Of a stretch of DNA of 64,000 nucleotides, positions 28,106-38,430 are shown piece by piece. Position 1 is the first letter of the stretch; the number at the start of each line of letters is the position of its first letter. The notes under the pieces were generated by a model, which made no database searches, was not told the DNA's origin, and saw only the letters and a program-made list of their open reading frames with translations. The translations under genes were made by a program, and so were the position numbers. This DNA comes from an uncultured Chloroflexia bacterium (GTDB lineage: Bacteria > Chloroflexota > Limnocylindria > Limnocylindrales > CSP1-4), in assembly GCA_963828165.1 (NCBI GenBank), contig CAWHDR010000001.1:2112001-2176000 (forward strand), read 5' to 3'.

Positions 28106-28636
28106 ATGGCGACACACGGACCAGCCACGACCGGCGCGCGCCTCAAGGTGATCCAGCCCGGCCACGGTCGTACCGGCGTCCTCCTCCCAGGCGTAGGAGT
28201 GGTCTTCAAGATCGACAGCGAGGACACCGGCGGAGCCCTCTCGATCGTTGAGCATCCGTTCGCGGTCGGAGCGCTCGTGCCGCCGCACATCCACACGCGC
28301 GAGGACGAATACTCGATCGTGCTTGAGGGCGAGATCGGCTTCCGCTCGGAGGACCAGGAGGTGGTCCTCGGCGCCGGGGGATACATCATCAAGCCGCGCA
28401 ATCAGGTCCACGCGATGTGGAATGCCGGGTCGACGCCTGCGCGCATGATCGAGGTGATCTCGCCGCCGGGCTTCGAGCGGTTCTTCGGTGAGTTGGTCGA
28501 CATGACGTCGGTCGGCGAACCCGATTCCGACGAGCTGGAGCGCCTTGGCGACCGCTACGGCGTCCCGTCGGCTGAGCCTGATTGGCTTGCGGACGTCATC
28601 GCCAGGTACAACCTCACGCCGCTGCCGGACGCCTAG
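28106..28636 (+). CDS. cupin domain protein
   Basis: PPHIHTREDEYSIVLEG, KPRNQVHAMWN. Confidence 0.9.
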   Translation: MATHGPATTGARLKVIQPGHGRTGVLLPGVGVVFKIDSEDTGGALSIVEHPFAVGALVPPHIHTREDEYSIVLEGEIGFRSEDQEVVLGAGGYIIKPRNQVHAMWNAGSTPARMIEVISPPGFERFFGELVDMTSVGEPDSDELERLGDRYGVPSAEPDWLADVIARYNLTPLPDA

Positions 28637-28705
28637 GGCCACCGCCCGGATGCCCACCGGAACCGGTCTGCCCATAGCGAAGGACCGAGACGTCGAAGGT
28701 AAAGG

Positions 28706-31700
28706 CTAGCTGCAGCCGGACGTGCTCCCGCAGTTGAGGCACTTGTAGCAACTGCCGTTGCGGACCATGATCGAGCCGCAGTCGGCGCAGCTCGGGGCGT
28801 CCGCCTGGGTCTGGAAGCTCACCTTCGTGGCCCCCAGGTTCAACGTGATGGCCGACGTTCCGCCACCGTTCCCGTTGCCCGTCTTGCTGCCACCGTTCGC
28901 GGCATGCCCTTCCATTGGTCGCGATGACCTTCAGGGCATCCCCGGGAGCAGCGTCAGCCGGTGACGCCGCCACGGCCGTGGCCTTGGGCGACATCCGAGT
29001 CACCGGATTGGGCCTCCGAGGCGGTCGGAGGAGACGCCGCCTCGGAGGTCTCGGTGTGGGCCCCCTCACCATCTGAGCCGATCCCAGGCGCGGCCGCCAA
29101 GGTGGACGGAGTTTCATTGCTAGGTGCCACAGGCCGGGCTACCGGGTCAGGGCTCGGCGCAGCAAGGCGCTGGGCGCCGAAGGCGGTTGTGCCTTGCGGA
29201 GCCGAGTCCTGGCCCGACACCTCAACCTGAGACCGATCGATGAGCCCCAGGCTCGCCTTGTCGTCCGTGTCCAGGAACCGCGACCCCAGCCACCGGAAGA
29301 TGTAGTCCACGATGCTCTTCGCGATCGGGATCTCCTGGTTGCCGGTGAACCCGGACGGCTCGAACCGGACGTGCGCGAACTTGTTGACGAGGTCCTTGAA
29401 CGGCACGCCGTACTGGAGTGCCACCGACACCGTCGTCGCGAAGGAGTCCATCAACCCCGAGACCGTGGACCCCTCCTTGGCCATCTTCAGGAAGATCTCG
29501 CCCGGCTGTCCGTCCGGATACAGCCCGACGGTGATGTAGCCCTCGTGGCCCGAGATCTCGAACTTGTGCGTGACCGCGGTCCGCTCGGACGGCAGGCGCC
29601 GGCGATGGGGGAGGGCCGCCTCGGCCTGGGCCTTGGCGAGCTGCTTCTTGAGGTCGGTGACGACCGCCGTGTCGACGACGTCGCCGTTCGTCTTGGAGGT
29701 GCTCAGCGGCTGCGAGCGCTTCGAGTTGTCGCGGTAGACCGCGATCGCCTTGAGGCCGAGCTTCCAGCCCTCGAGGTAGACCTGCTCGATCTCCTTGGCC
29801 GTGGCCGCCTCCGGCATGTTCACGGTCTTGGAGATGGCGCCCGAGATGAACGGCTGGATGGCGCCCATCATCCGGACGTGGCCCATGTAGTGGATGGACC
29901 GCGTGCCGTTGGCCGGCTTGAAGGCGCAGTCGAAGACCGACAGGTGCTCGGCCTTGATGTGCGGGGCGCCTTCGATGGTCTCGCGCTCGGTCAGGTAGTC
30001 GAGGATCTCGCTCGTCTGGTCGGCGGTGTAGCCGAGCTTCTTGAGCGCCGCCGGGACGGTCTGGTTGACGATCTTGAGGAAGCCCTCGCCGACCAGCTTC
30101 TTGTACTTGATGAGCGCGATGTCCGGCTCCACGCCGGTCGTGTCGCAATCCATCATGAAGGCGATCGTGCCAGTGGGCGCGAGCACGGTGACCTGCGCGT
30201 TGCGATAGCCGTGCTTCTTGCCGAGTTCGAGCGCCTCGTCGTAGACGATCTTGGCGTGGTCGATCAGGGTCGTGGGCACGCCCTGGGTCGGGATGCGGTA
30301 CGCGGCGTCACGGTGCTTGCCGATGACGCGCAGGAACGGCGCTTCGTTGACCTTGTACTCGGCGAACGGGCCGCCGTGGTCGCGGGCGATGATCGCCGAC
30401 TGCTTGTACGCCTCGCCGTGCATGATCGCGGTCAGGGCCGCGGCGTAGTTGCGCCCCTCGTCCGAGTCGTAGGCGAGACCGCGGCTCATCAGCAGCGCGC
30501 CGAGGTTGGCGTAGCCCAGGCCGAGCGGGCGGAACTTGTGCGAGTTCTCCTCGATCTTGGGCGTCGGGTAGCTGGCGTTATCGACCAGGATCTCCTGGGC
30601 CGTCAGCGTCACCTTGGCCGCGAACCGGTACGCCTCGGGGTCGAACTCGCCGTCCGCGTCGACGAACTTCATCAGGTTGAGTGAGGCGAGGTTGCAGGCG
30701 GTGTCGTTGAGGAACATGTACTCGGAGCACGGGTTGCTCGCGTGGATGCGATCCGTGTTCGCGGACGTGTGCCAGTCGTTGATCGTCGTGTCGTACTGGA
30801 TGCCCGGGTCGCCGCACAGGTGCGCGGCTTCGGCCATCTTGCGGAAGATGTCGCGGGCCTTGTAGGTGTCCATCGGCTCGCCGCCGACCACGGCGTGGGT
30901 CGTCCACTCCTGGTCCTGCTCGACCGCGCGCATGAAGTCGTCCGTGACGCGGACGCTGTGGTTGGCGTTCTGGAAGAAGACGGAGCCGTAGGCCTCGCCG
31001 GTGAAGCTCGGGTCGTAGCCGGCCTCGATCAGCGCCCAGGCCTTCTGCTCTTCGTGCGCCTTCGAATCGATGAACTCGAGGACGTCCGGATGGCCGGCGT
31101 CGAGGATCACCATCTTGGCCGCGCGGCGGGTCTTGCCGCCCGACTTCACGACGCCGGCGAAGGCGTCATAGCCCTTCATGAAGGAGACGGGGCCGCTTGC
31201 CGTGCCGCCGCCGGCCATCTTCTCCCTGGAAGAGCGGATCGTGGACAGGTTGCTGCCCGCGCCCGAGCCGAACTTGAAGAGCATCGCCTCGGTCTTGGCG
31301 AGGTCCATGATGCTGCTCATCGTGTCCTGGACCGAGTTGATGAAGCACGCGGAGCACTGCGGCTGCTTCTCGATCCCGACGTTGAACCAGACCGGCGAGT
31401 TGAAGGCCATCTTCTGGTGGACGATGAGGTGGGTCAGCTCGGCCTTGAAGGTCGCCAGGTCCTCGTCGCTCGCGAAGTAGCGCTGGGTCTCCGCCCAGGA
31501 GGCGATCGTGTTGACGACGCGATCGATGAGCTGCTTGACGCTCGTCTCACGCTCCGGGGTGTTGAGGTGCCCGCGGAAGTACTTGGACACCACGACGTTC
31601 GTGGCGAGCTGGGACCAGAAGTTGGGGACCTCGACGTCCTTCTGCTCGAAGACGCGACTTGCCGCTTTCGTTGGCGATGCCGGCGGTCCGGTACTCCCAG

Positions 31701-31946
31701 GTGATCTCGTCGTAGGGATGGACGCCTGGGCGGGTCCAGCGGCGCTCGAAGGTCAGGCCCTTGGCGGGCTTGCCGTTGGGATCCGTGCCGTCGAAGCTCG
31801 CGCCGTATGGGCCGGCGTGGCGGCGTGGCGTTGCTTGGCGGGTGGCTGTGGCGAGGGGCCGAGGCCGCGCCCGACTTGGCGGTCGCCTCCGACTTGGGCT
31901 GCTTCGTGTCGTGCTCGGCGACGCCGCTGGTCGTGGCTCGGGCCAT
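28706..31946 (-). CDS. nrdJ: vitamin B12-dependent class II ribonucleotide reductase with TSCPD and Zn-ribbon tail (frameshifts near 31860, 31655 and 28960)
   Basis: FNSPVWFN, QCSACFI, SNPCSEY, TVLAPTGT, SGAISKTVN, C-terminal CADCG..CYKCLNCGSTSGCS; GGAGG RBS before ATG 31946. Confidence 0.95.
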
Positions 31947-32099
31947 CTGATGCTCCTCCGTGTCCATCCCGCGCGGTAGCTGCCGCGTTTCCGTTGTCGT
32001 CTCTGTTCCGAGGCTCCTGCGTGCCGGGCCCCGGGCCGGCGGATCGTGCCGTTTGCGGGGCGGGGTTTCGGGGTCTCGGTAGGGCGAGTGACCACAAGA

Positions 32100-32128
32100 A
32101 CGATACGCCGATGGATAGCGGTAGTCAA
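32100..32128 (-). promoter_or_regulatory. sigma-70 promoter of nrdJ
   Basis: TTGACT-N17-TATCGT. Confidence 0.65.
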
Positions 32129-32136
32129 GGCCAAAA

Positions 32137-32185
32137 CCACAAGATGTAGTGGTTGTGTTGCGAACGCTACCGCTAGATGTGGTGG
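32137..32185. promoter_or_regulatory. tandem NrdR boxes
   Basis: CCACTACATCTTGTGG and CCACCACATCTAGCGG (minus strand), starts 33 bp apart, upstream of an RNR gene. Confidence 0.85.
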
Positions 32186-32318
32186 TTTGCGTGTTTTCAC
32201 GCTCATCCACGCTCGCCGCCCGTTCGTCCACATCGGGGAGCGGCTTTTCCACGGGCTGTTGCGGGGATGTCCACGTGCGTCTGGGCGGTTCTCAACGACG
32301 TATCCACGGATCGTACAC

Positions 32319-32332
32319 CGAACGGGTGTTCT
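32319..32332. promoter_or_regulatory. LexA (Gram-positive-type) SOS-box-like site
   Basis: CGAAC-GGGT-GTTCT. Confidence 0.5.
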
Positions 32333-32365
32333 GTTTGTGCTTGGACGGTTCTGTCCGCGGGGCTC

Positions 32366-32448
32366 CAGCCCCGAGCCGGCTGCGGCCGCCCCAGCCCCGA
32401 GCCGGCTGCGGCCGCCGCAGCCCCGAGCCGTTTGAGGCCGCCGCAGCC
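32366..32448. repeat. 26-bp tandem repeat, three copies plus a partial
   Basis: CAGCCCCGAGCCGGCTGCGGCCGCC(C/G) at 32366, 32392 and 32418 (third degenerate). Confidence 0.9.
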
Positions 32449-32452
32449 TAAC

Positions 32453-32642
32453 AACTCCGCCAAATGTGCTTCCACCGGAACGTAAGGCGGTCAGTTAGTG
32501 GGCCGGGAGGGTTGCTCGGGGCTGCCCCGACCGGGATCTGAGCGTGACGCGACGCCCATGCAGCTGCGAATCGCGCCTTCGGCGGCCAGGCGAGGCTCAG
32601 TTGCCCGCCTAACGTTCCGGTAGCGATACAAATGGCGGAGTT
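32453..32642. mobile_element. MITE/REPIN-like element copy 1 with 38-bp imperfect terminal inverted repeats
   Basis: AACTCCGCCAAATGTGCTTCCACCGGAACGTAAGGCGG ... CCGCCTAACGTTCCGGTAGCGATACAAATGGCGGAGTT (30/38 complementary). Confidence 0.65.
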
Positions 32643-32717
32643 TCGACGCGAGAACGGATCGGTTGCGGCCGCTCCCCCGATAAGCGGCAGTGCAGCGTTC
32701 CTGGTCATGATCGGTCG

Positions 32718-33443
32718 ATGGAGGATCTGCGTCTCGGCTCAGTCGTCCGGACGGCGCGCCTGCGACGCGGCTGGCGCCAGCAGGACCTGGCCGCGAAGGG
32801 GCGAGTCTCGCGGGTCACGATCTCGCGGGTCGAGCAAGGGCATGTCGGACCCTTGTCCCTGGACTCGATCCGTGCGATCTGCGGGGCCCTGGACATCCGC
32901 CTGGAGCTCCAGCCAAGGTGGCGTGGCGGCGACCTGGATCGGATGATGAGCCGGCGGCACTCGGCCCTGCACGAGTCGGTCACGCGAACGATCGCCGCGG
33001 CATTCCCGGATTGGGAGATCTCGCCGGAGGTCTCGTTCTCCATCTACGGAGAGCGTGGCGTCATCGACCTGTTGCTATGGCATCCCGGCCGCCGAGCCCT
33101 GCTGGTCATCGAGCTCAAGACGGACATCGTCGACGTTGGCGAGATGCTCGGCACGCTCGACAAGAAGCGGCGTCTTGCCTGGGAGATCGCCAAGGAGAAG
33201 GGCTGGTCGCCGCGAACCGTGTCGGCCTGGATCGTGGTTGGCGGATCCCGAACCAACGAGCGGCGAGTCGCTCAATTCCAGGCGATGCTCCGATCGGCGT
33301 ACCCGGCCGACGGCCGCCAGGTGCGGGCGTGGCTGCGGGATCCCGTGGGGTCGATCGCCGCCCTGTCGCTGTGGTCCGCGGCCGCCAGCGGTGCTCGTGA
33401 TGTCGCGCCGCGCCGGCGGGTCCGGACGACGCGGGTCGCGTAG
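32718..33443 (+). CDS. XRE-family HTH fused to a PD-(D/E)xK (DUF559/Vsr-like) nuclease domain
   Basis: RTARLRRGWRQQDLA..VSRVTISRVEQG; EVSFSIYGERGVIDLL....LLVIELKT. Confidence 0.8.
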   Translation: MEDLRLGSVVRTARLRRGWRQQDLAAKGRVSRVTISRVEQGHVGPLSLDSIRAICGALDIRLELQPRWRGGDLDRMMSRRHSALHESVTRTIAAAFPDWEISPEVSFSIYGERGVIDLLLWHPGRRALLVIELKTDIVDVGEMLGTLDKKRRLAWEIAKEKGWSPRTVSAWIVVGGSRTNERRVAQFQAMLRSAYPADGRQVRAWLRDPVGSIAALSLWSAAASGARDVAPRRRVRTTRVA

Positions 33444-33544
33444 GACCGGCGGGCCAGCGACGCTGGTCGGCTAGCGCCGGGGGGGCCAGCGACGCGGTTG
33501 ATAGCCGGGCGCGACCTTGTGCGTCGGCCGCGGGTCCGGACAAC

Positions 33545-33979
33545 CTAGAGGGGGTCGGCTGACCCGCTGATCGCGGCCGCTGCCTCGCAGCATGGGCCGG
33601 ATTGGTCGAGGACCGGCAGGGTCCGGGCCGTGGAGGTGAGGTGTTGCTCGAGGCGCTCGAGTCGGCGCTCGGTTGCCTGGAGGCGCGCGATGCGGTCGTG
33701 GATCTCGCGGCGTTTGGCGGCCAGCAGGGATGGCAGGTCGTTGGTGGTCTCTGCGCAGTGGCCGGCCTGGCACCAGCTCGCCATCCGGGCGGCGTCCGCC
33801 AGGGGGAGGTCAAGGCCGCGCAGGTCGATCAGCAGTCGCAGCCTCGCGACATCACTGACCGCGTACTCGCGGTAGCCGTTGTCGCGGCGTGACGCTGCGG
33901 GCAGCAGGCCCTCGCGTTCGTAGAAGCGGATGGTGTCGGCGGACACCCCGACCTCGCGCGCGAACTCGCCGATCCTCAT
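33545..33979 (-). CDS. MerR family metal-responsive regulator
   Basis: MRIGEFAREVGVSADTIRFYEREGLL..R.NGYREY; CQAGHC and PCCE. Confidence 0.9.
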   Translation of the reverse strand: MRIGEFAREVGVSADTIRFYEREGLLPAASRRDNGYREYAVSDVARLRLLIDLRGLDLPLADAARMASWCQAGHCAETTNDLPSLLAAKRREIHDRIARLQATERRLERLEQHLTSTARTLPVLDQSGPCCEAAAAISGSADPL

Positions 33980-34006
33980 CCCGGGCCTCCGCCATAGTGC
34001 GCCTGA

Positions 34007-35152
34007 CTAGCTGCGTGATCCAGTCGGGGGCACCGGGACTGCGCGGGCTATAGGCAGGCATTGGAGTGCACGCCGAATGGGTGGGCATGGCGGGGCGGGC
34101 CCGGCCCCGACGAGTCTCGCGAGGCGCTCGAAGGCGGCAACTTTGTCGACGCGCATCCGCTCGATCACGGTTCCCACTGCCGGCGAGTCCCCGTGACGCG
34201 CCCATCGGAGCCGGAGCCGGGTCCCGCCCTCGACCGGGTCGAGGTCCGTGACCGCCTCGATCGGACCGACGTCCGGCACGGCAAGTCGCCACGCGACGCG
34301 TTCATACGGCTGCCAATCGACGATCTCCTCGAGCGTCGCCAGCCGGCCCGTCACGCACTGCGATGTCGTGCCCACGCCACGCCGGCCGCCGACCGCCACG
34401 TCCTCCATCACCAGCGGGCCTTCCCACAACGTCCGCAGCGCCGGGGCCGTGAGATGGGCCCATACGACCGCGGGGTCCGCCGCGATGGTCGCCGCGACAT
34501 CAAGAATGACGTCGGCTGCGATGGGATCGATGCGGCGGACGCCGGTCTCGGCCTGCCAACGAGCCTCCAGGTCGAGCGTGAAGGTCGCGATCCGGCCCAG
34601 ATGCTCGATCGAGAGCTCACCCGCCCGCAAGCCAAGAGCGCCGGGCTCGAGATCAAGGGCCCGGACCGCGTCGTCTGTGAACAGCGCGAAGCCATCGCTC
34701 ACCGTCCCGGCAGTCGTCGCCCCCTTCAACAGACGGTGCACGAGGATGACGTCCGACCCAGCCAGCTCGTCCCGACCGGCGATGCGTCCACGAACGAACG
34801 CGCCGTGGTGCACGAAGAGTTTGAGGTCGAGCCGGGGCGCCAGCCGGCACGAGTTGCAGTCGCAGCTCGTGGCCCCGTCGATGCTCCGCAGCCGACGCCG
34901 GAATGCGACGTAGGCCGCCTCGATCGCGTCGAGGAGCAGCGAGCCGTCGGACCGCCCGTCCTCGACGAAGAGGAATGCCGCATCGCCCTCGAACTTGGCC
35001 AGCCGGAACGGTGGTTCCAGGCGGCCGACGATCGTCTCGAGGAGGTCGCCCGCGATCGCCGGCGCATGCTCGATCTCACTGCCGGTCAGGTACGCCGTGT
35101 ACCCGGTGAGGTCCGCGATGACCAGGAACCCAGACTCGGGTGTCGCTGCCAT
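34007..35152 (-). CDS. DUF2652 (class III nucleotidyl cyclase-like) plus SRPBCC domain protein
   Basis: IADLTGYT, KFEGDA, SCDCNSC, LKLFVHHG, DVILVHRLLK; ADPAVVWAHLT..EEIVDWQP. Confidence 0.8.
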   Translation of the reverse strand: MAATPESGFLVIADLTGYTAYLTGSEIEHAPAIAGDLLETIVGRLEPPFRLAKFEGDAAFLFVEDGRSDGSLLLDAIEAAYVAFRRRLRSIDGATSCDCNSCRLAPRLDLKLFVHHGAFVRGRIAGRDELAGSDVILVHRLLKGATTAGTVSDGFALFTDDAVRALDLEPGALGLRAGELSIEHLGRIATFTLDLEARWQAETGVRRIDPIAADVILDVAATIAADPAVVWAHLTAPALRTLWEGPLVMEDVAVGGRRGVGTTSQCVTGRLATLEEIVDWQPYERVAWRLAVPDVGPIEAVTDLDPVEGGTRLRLRWARHGDSPAVGTVIERMRVDKVAAFERLARLVGAGPAPPCPPIRRALQCLPIARAVPVPPTGSRS

Positions 35153-35159
35153 GGCGGCA

Positions 35160-35190
35160 ACGCTAGACCCTGGAGCCGCTCCAATGTCAA
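35160..35190 (-). promoter_or_regulatory. MerR-type promoter with 19-bp spacer, probably leaderless
   Basis: TTGACA-ttggagcggctccagggtc-TAGCGT; dyad TGGAG-CGG-CTCCA; ATG 7 nt after the -10. Confidence 0.8.
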
Positions 35191-35375
35191 CAGCGAACTG
35201 GCCTGACCCTGTCACACGATGCTTCGAAATCGACGTTTCCCGGTCTGCCGGCAGGCGCCCGAGTGCTCGGTGCTGCGATGACGCCCCGAGTCGCGGCTGT
35301 GTCGTTCGTGGCTGGAACGCAACGACCCGATCGCCTTCGCGAGCGCCGCTGTACGGCCCGGGGACGCAGGCTCCG

Positions 35376-36101
35376 GTGGTGGCGCTGCACGTGGGCACAT
35401 CGGGGTTCGACTACAAGGATTGGCGTGGGTCGTTCTACCCGCGGTTCCTGAAGTCGGGCGACCGATTGGCGTTCTATGCCGAACATTTCGACACCGTCGA
35501 GCTCAACGTCACGTTCTATCGGATGCCGAAGGCGGAGGCGTTCCGGGGCTGGCGGGATGCCGTTCCGGACGACTTCCGATTCGCGGTCAAGGCCAGCCGG
35601 TACCTGACGCACATCAAGCGGCTCGAGGACCCGCAGGGTCCGGTCGAGTTCCTGATGGAGCGTGCCGGCGAGCTCGGCGACAAGCTCGGGGTGGTGCTCC
35701 TGCAGCTGCCGCCCACCCTCGAGATCGACCTGGACCGATTGGACGACACGCTGCGGGCGTTTCGGCGGGCGGTGCCCATCGCGGTCGAGCCGCGCCACCA
35801 GAGCTGGTTCGTGCCGGAGCTGTGCGAGCTGCTCCGCGAGCACGGGGCGGCGTTCGTCCTCGCGGATCGGCGCGGGCCGATCACGCCACTCTGGAGCACG
35901 ACCGACTGGACGTACCTGCGGCTCCACCAGGGGAGAGCCACCCCACGGCCGTGCTACGGGCGGCACGCCCTCGCGAGCTGGGTCGACCGGCTGGCCGCGC
36001 TACCCGGCGGCGACCGCGGGTTCGTCTACTTCAACAACGACCACCGAGCGTGCGCCGTCTACAACGCCCGGACGTTCGAGCGGATCGTCGCCCGGCGCTG
36101 A
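35376..36101 (+). CDS. DUF72 (YecE-like) protein
   Basis: VGTSGFDYKDWRGSFYP, TVELNVTFY, FAVKASRYLTH, LLQLPP, YFNND. Confidence 0.9.
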   Translation: MVALHVGTSGFDYKDWRGSFYPRFLKSGDRLAFYAEHFDTVELNVTFYRMPKAEAFRGWRDAVPDDFRFAVKASRYLTHIKRLEDPQGPVEFLMERAGELGDKLGVVLLQLPPTLEIDLDRLDDTLRAFRRAVPIAVEPRHQSWFVPELCELLREHGAAFVLADRRGPITPLWSTTDWTYLRLHQGRATPRPCYGRHALASWVDRLAALPGGDRGFVYFNNDHRACAVYNARTFERIVARR

Positions 36102-36141
36102 GGGCTCGCGCGTTCGAACCCCCAAATCGAGACGGCAAAGG

Positions 36142-36210
36142 CTTTGTCCTAGGTATTGACAAAGTCGTCGCCTCCCGCCACCATCCGCTTCGTCAACTCT
36201 CTGGACGAAG
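36142..36210. promoter_or_regulatory. two ROK-repressor-type operators overlapping the promoter
   Basis: CTTTGTC-N9-GACAAAG (36142-36164, contains TTGACA) and CTTCGTC-N9-GACGAAG (36188-36210). Confidence 0.75.
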
Positions 36211-36234
36211 TGGCGAGGGGCCCGTATCCCACCC

Positions 36235-37389
36235 GTGGCGCGCACCGAATTCCCGTCCAAGGCGACCCACGCCCAGACCCGCGCCCACAACGCGGCCCTG
36301 GTCCTGCGCGCGCTCTACGACCTGGGTCCGATCAGCCGCGCCGACATCGCCCGGCTGACGGGCCTGACGCGAACCAGCGTCGGCGAGCTGGTCGCGGACC
36401 TGGAGCGGGACGGCCTGGCCCAGGACGTCGGCCGCGGCCCGAGCACCGGCGGCAAGCAGCCGACCCTCGTCGCCCTCAAGGACGACGCTCGAAGTGTCGT
36501 CACGCTCGACCTCGGCGAGCGCACCTTCACCGCCGCCCTCGCGAACCTGCGCGGGGAGCTCACCACGAAACGCACCCGCGAGCTCGAGGGCCGTGATGGC
36601 CAGCAGGCCGTCCAGCTCGTCCACGAGCTCATCGACGACGTCCGGCGTGAGGCCACGAGCCCCCTCCTCGGCATCGGGGTCGGCACGCCGGGCGTGGTCG
36701 ACGCGGACGGCACGATCCGCTGGGCGGTCAACCTCGACTGGCAGGACCTGCCGCTCGCGCGCATCCTCGAGGAGCGCCACGGCCTACCGGCGGTCGTCGC
36801 CAACGACTCGCGCGCCGCCGCCCTCGCGACGTACCTCTTCGGTGGCGACGAGCGGCCGCAGAACCTCGTCGTCATCAAGGTCGGTCGCGGCGTCGGTGCC
36901 GGCATCATCCTGCGCGACCAGCTGTTCGGTGGCGACGGTGATGGCGCGGGCGAGATCGGGCATGTCGTCGTCGACCCGGACGGCATCGAATGCCATTGCG
37001 GGCGCTTCGGCTGCCTCGAGACCGTGGCCAGCGTGCCGGCCGTCGTCCGCGCCGCCGGAACGGCCTCGTTCGGGGAACTCGTCGATCGCACCACCGCCGG
37101 CGACGACCGCGTCCTCCCCGTGGTCCTCGCCGCCGGCCGAGCGATCGGTGCAGCCATCGCCGGGCTGAGCGGTGCCCTCGATGTCCGCAACATCACGATC
37201 GTCGGCAGCGCGACCGCGCTTGGTGATCGGTGGTTCGCGGCGATCCGGGATGAGGCCGGCCGCCGCAGCCTGGGCACGCTGGCGCGCGACACTCGGATCA
37301 TCGACGGCGGCACCGGCGAGGACGTGACGCTGCTCGGCGCGTGTGCGCTGCTGCTCACCCGCGAGCTCGGCCTGACGGTGCATCGATGA
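36235..37389 (+). CDS. ROK family transcriptional repressor (NagC/XylR-like)
   Basis: ISRADIARLTGLTRTSV HTH; GEIGH..C.CGRFGCLE. Confidence 0.92.
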   Translation: MARTEFPSKATHAQTRAHNAALVLRALYDLGPISRADIARLTGLTRTSVGELVADLERDGLAQDVGRGPSTGGKQPTLVALKDDARSVVTLDLGERTFTAALANLRGELTTKRTRELEGRDGQQAVQLVHELIDDVRREATSPLLGIGVGTPGVVDADGTIRWAVNLDWQDLPLARILEERHGLPAVVANDSRAAALATYLFGGDERPQNLVVIKVGRGVGAGIILRDQLFGGDGDGAGEIGHVVVDPDGIECHCGRFGCLETVASVPAVVRAAGTASFGELVDRTTAGDDRVLPVVLAAGRAIGAAIAGLSGALDVRNITIVGSATALGDRWFAAIRDEAGRRSLGTLARDTRIIDGGTGEDVTLLGACALLLTRELGLTVHR

Positions 37390-38369
37390 CGGGCATCGTC
37401 GCCGGCATCGACATCGGCGGCACGAAGATCGCGGTCCTCATCGTCGACGCCGAGGGCGAGGTCCGGGGTCGGGCCACCCACGCCGCATCCGTCGGCGACC
37501 AGGCCGGTGCCGCCTCCGCCATCGCCGCCGCACTCGACGAGGCCCTCGCGGCCGCCGGCCTGCAGCGCCACGACCTCGACGCGATCGGTGTCGGCGTCCC
37601 AGGTCGGGTGGATCCCGTGGCCGGCCACGTGACGCTCGCCGTCAACCTGGGCTGGACCGACTTCGACCTCCGCGGCGCACTGGAAGCGGAGTTGGGACGA
37701 CCGGTCGTGATCGAGAACGACGCGCGAGCCGCCGCGCTCGGCCTGCACCGGCGTCGCGTCGCCGATGGGCCCGACCGCCTCAACGGCAGCGATCTCGCCT
37801 ACCTCGCCGTCGGCACCGGGATCGCGGCCGGCGTCGTGCTCGATGGCCGGCTCCACCGTGGCACTCGCGGCCTCGCCGGCGAGATCGGGCACGCCATCGT
37901 CGACCCGCTCGGTCCAACCTGCGCCTGCGGCCAGTCGGGCTGCCTCGAGGCCTTCGCCTCTGGCCCATCCATCGCCCGGCGAGCCACCGCGGCCGGCATG
38001 GGGGCCGGGACCGCGAAGGACGTCTACGCCGCCGCGGGCGGCGGCGATCCCACCGCTCGCGAGCTCGTCGACGACGTCGGTCGCCGGCTGGCCTGGGCGG
38101 TCCACCTCCTGGTCATGACCTACGACGTCGATCACGTCGTCGTCGGTGGTGGCGTGTCGCACGCGGGCTCCGCATTCTCGGAGCCCATCCATCGAGAGCT
38201 CGAGCGCCTGCGTGCCGTCTCGAGCCAGGCCGGCGAGCTGCTGCCGGCCCACATCGTCGCGGTCCTGCCACCCGAGGCCGAGCCCGGGGCGTGGGGAGCC
38301 GTCGCCGTGGCCAGTGCCGTCCGGGATCCGGATCGGCTGAGGGGAACGGAGGTGGTCCGTCACGCCTGA
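37386..38369 (+). CDS. ROK family sugar kinase
   Basis: GIDIGGTK, ENDARAAA, GEIGH..CACGQSGCLE; ATGA overlap. Confidence 0.92.
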   Translation: MTGIVAGIDIGGTKIAVLIVDAEGEVRGRATHAASVGDQAGAASAIAAALDEALAAAGLQRHDLDAIGVGVPGRVDPVAGHVTLAVNLGWTDFDLRGALEAELGRPVVIENDARAAALGLHRRRVADGPDRLNGSDLAYLAVGTGIAAGVVLDGRLHRGTRGLAGEIGHAIVDPLGPTCACGQSGCLEAFASGPSIARRATAAGMGAGTAKDVYAAAGGGDPTARELVDDVGRRLAWAVHLLVMTYDVDHVVVGGGVSHAGSAFSEPIHRELERLRAVSSQAGELLPAHIVAVLPPEAEPGAWGAVAVASAVRDPDRLRGTEVVRHA

Positions 38370-38430
38370 CCCCGCCGCGCACCGTCGGAACGAACGACCC
38401 CACGTGAAAGAAGGAGTTCAAGGAGGAGTG

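Noticed and set aside
24748-31946. Functional link between the B12 regulator and B12-dependent nrdJ
   Set aside because: Separated by three unrelated opposite-strand genes and independently regulated; proximity alone is insufficient
31947-32100. Cobalamin riboswitch upstream of nrdJ
   Set aside because: No recognisable B12-box; NrdR boxes account for the regulation
32366-32448. CRISPR array
   Set aside because: Repeats are contiguous with no spacers and there are no cas genes
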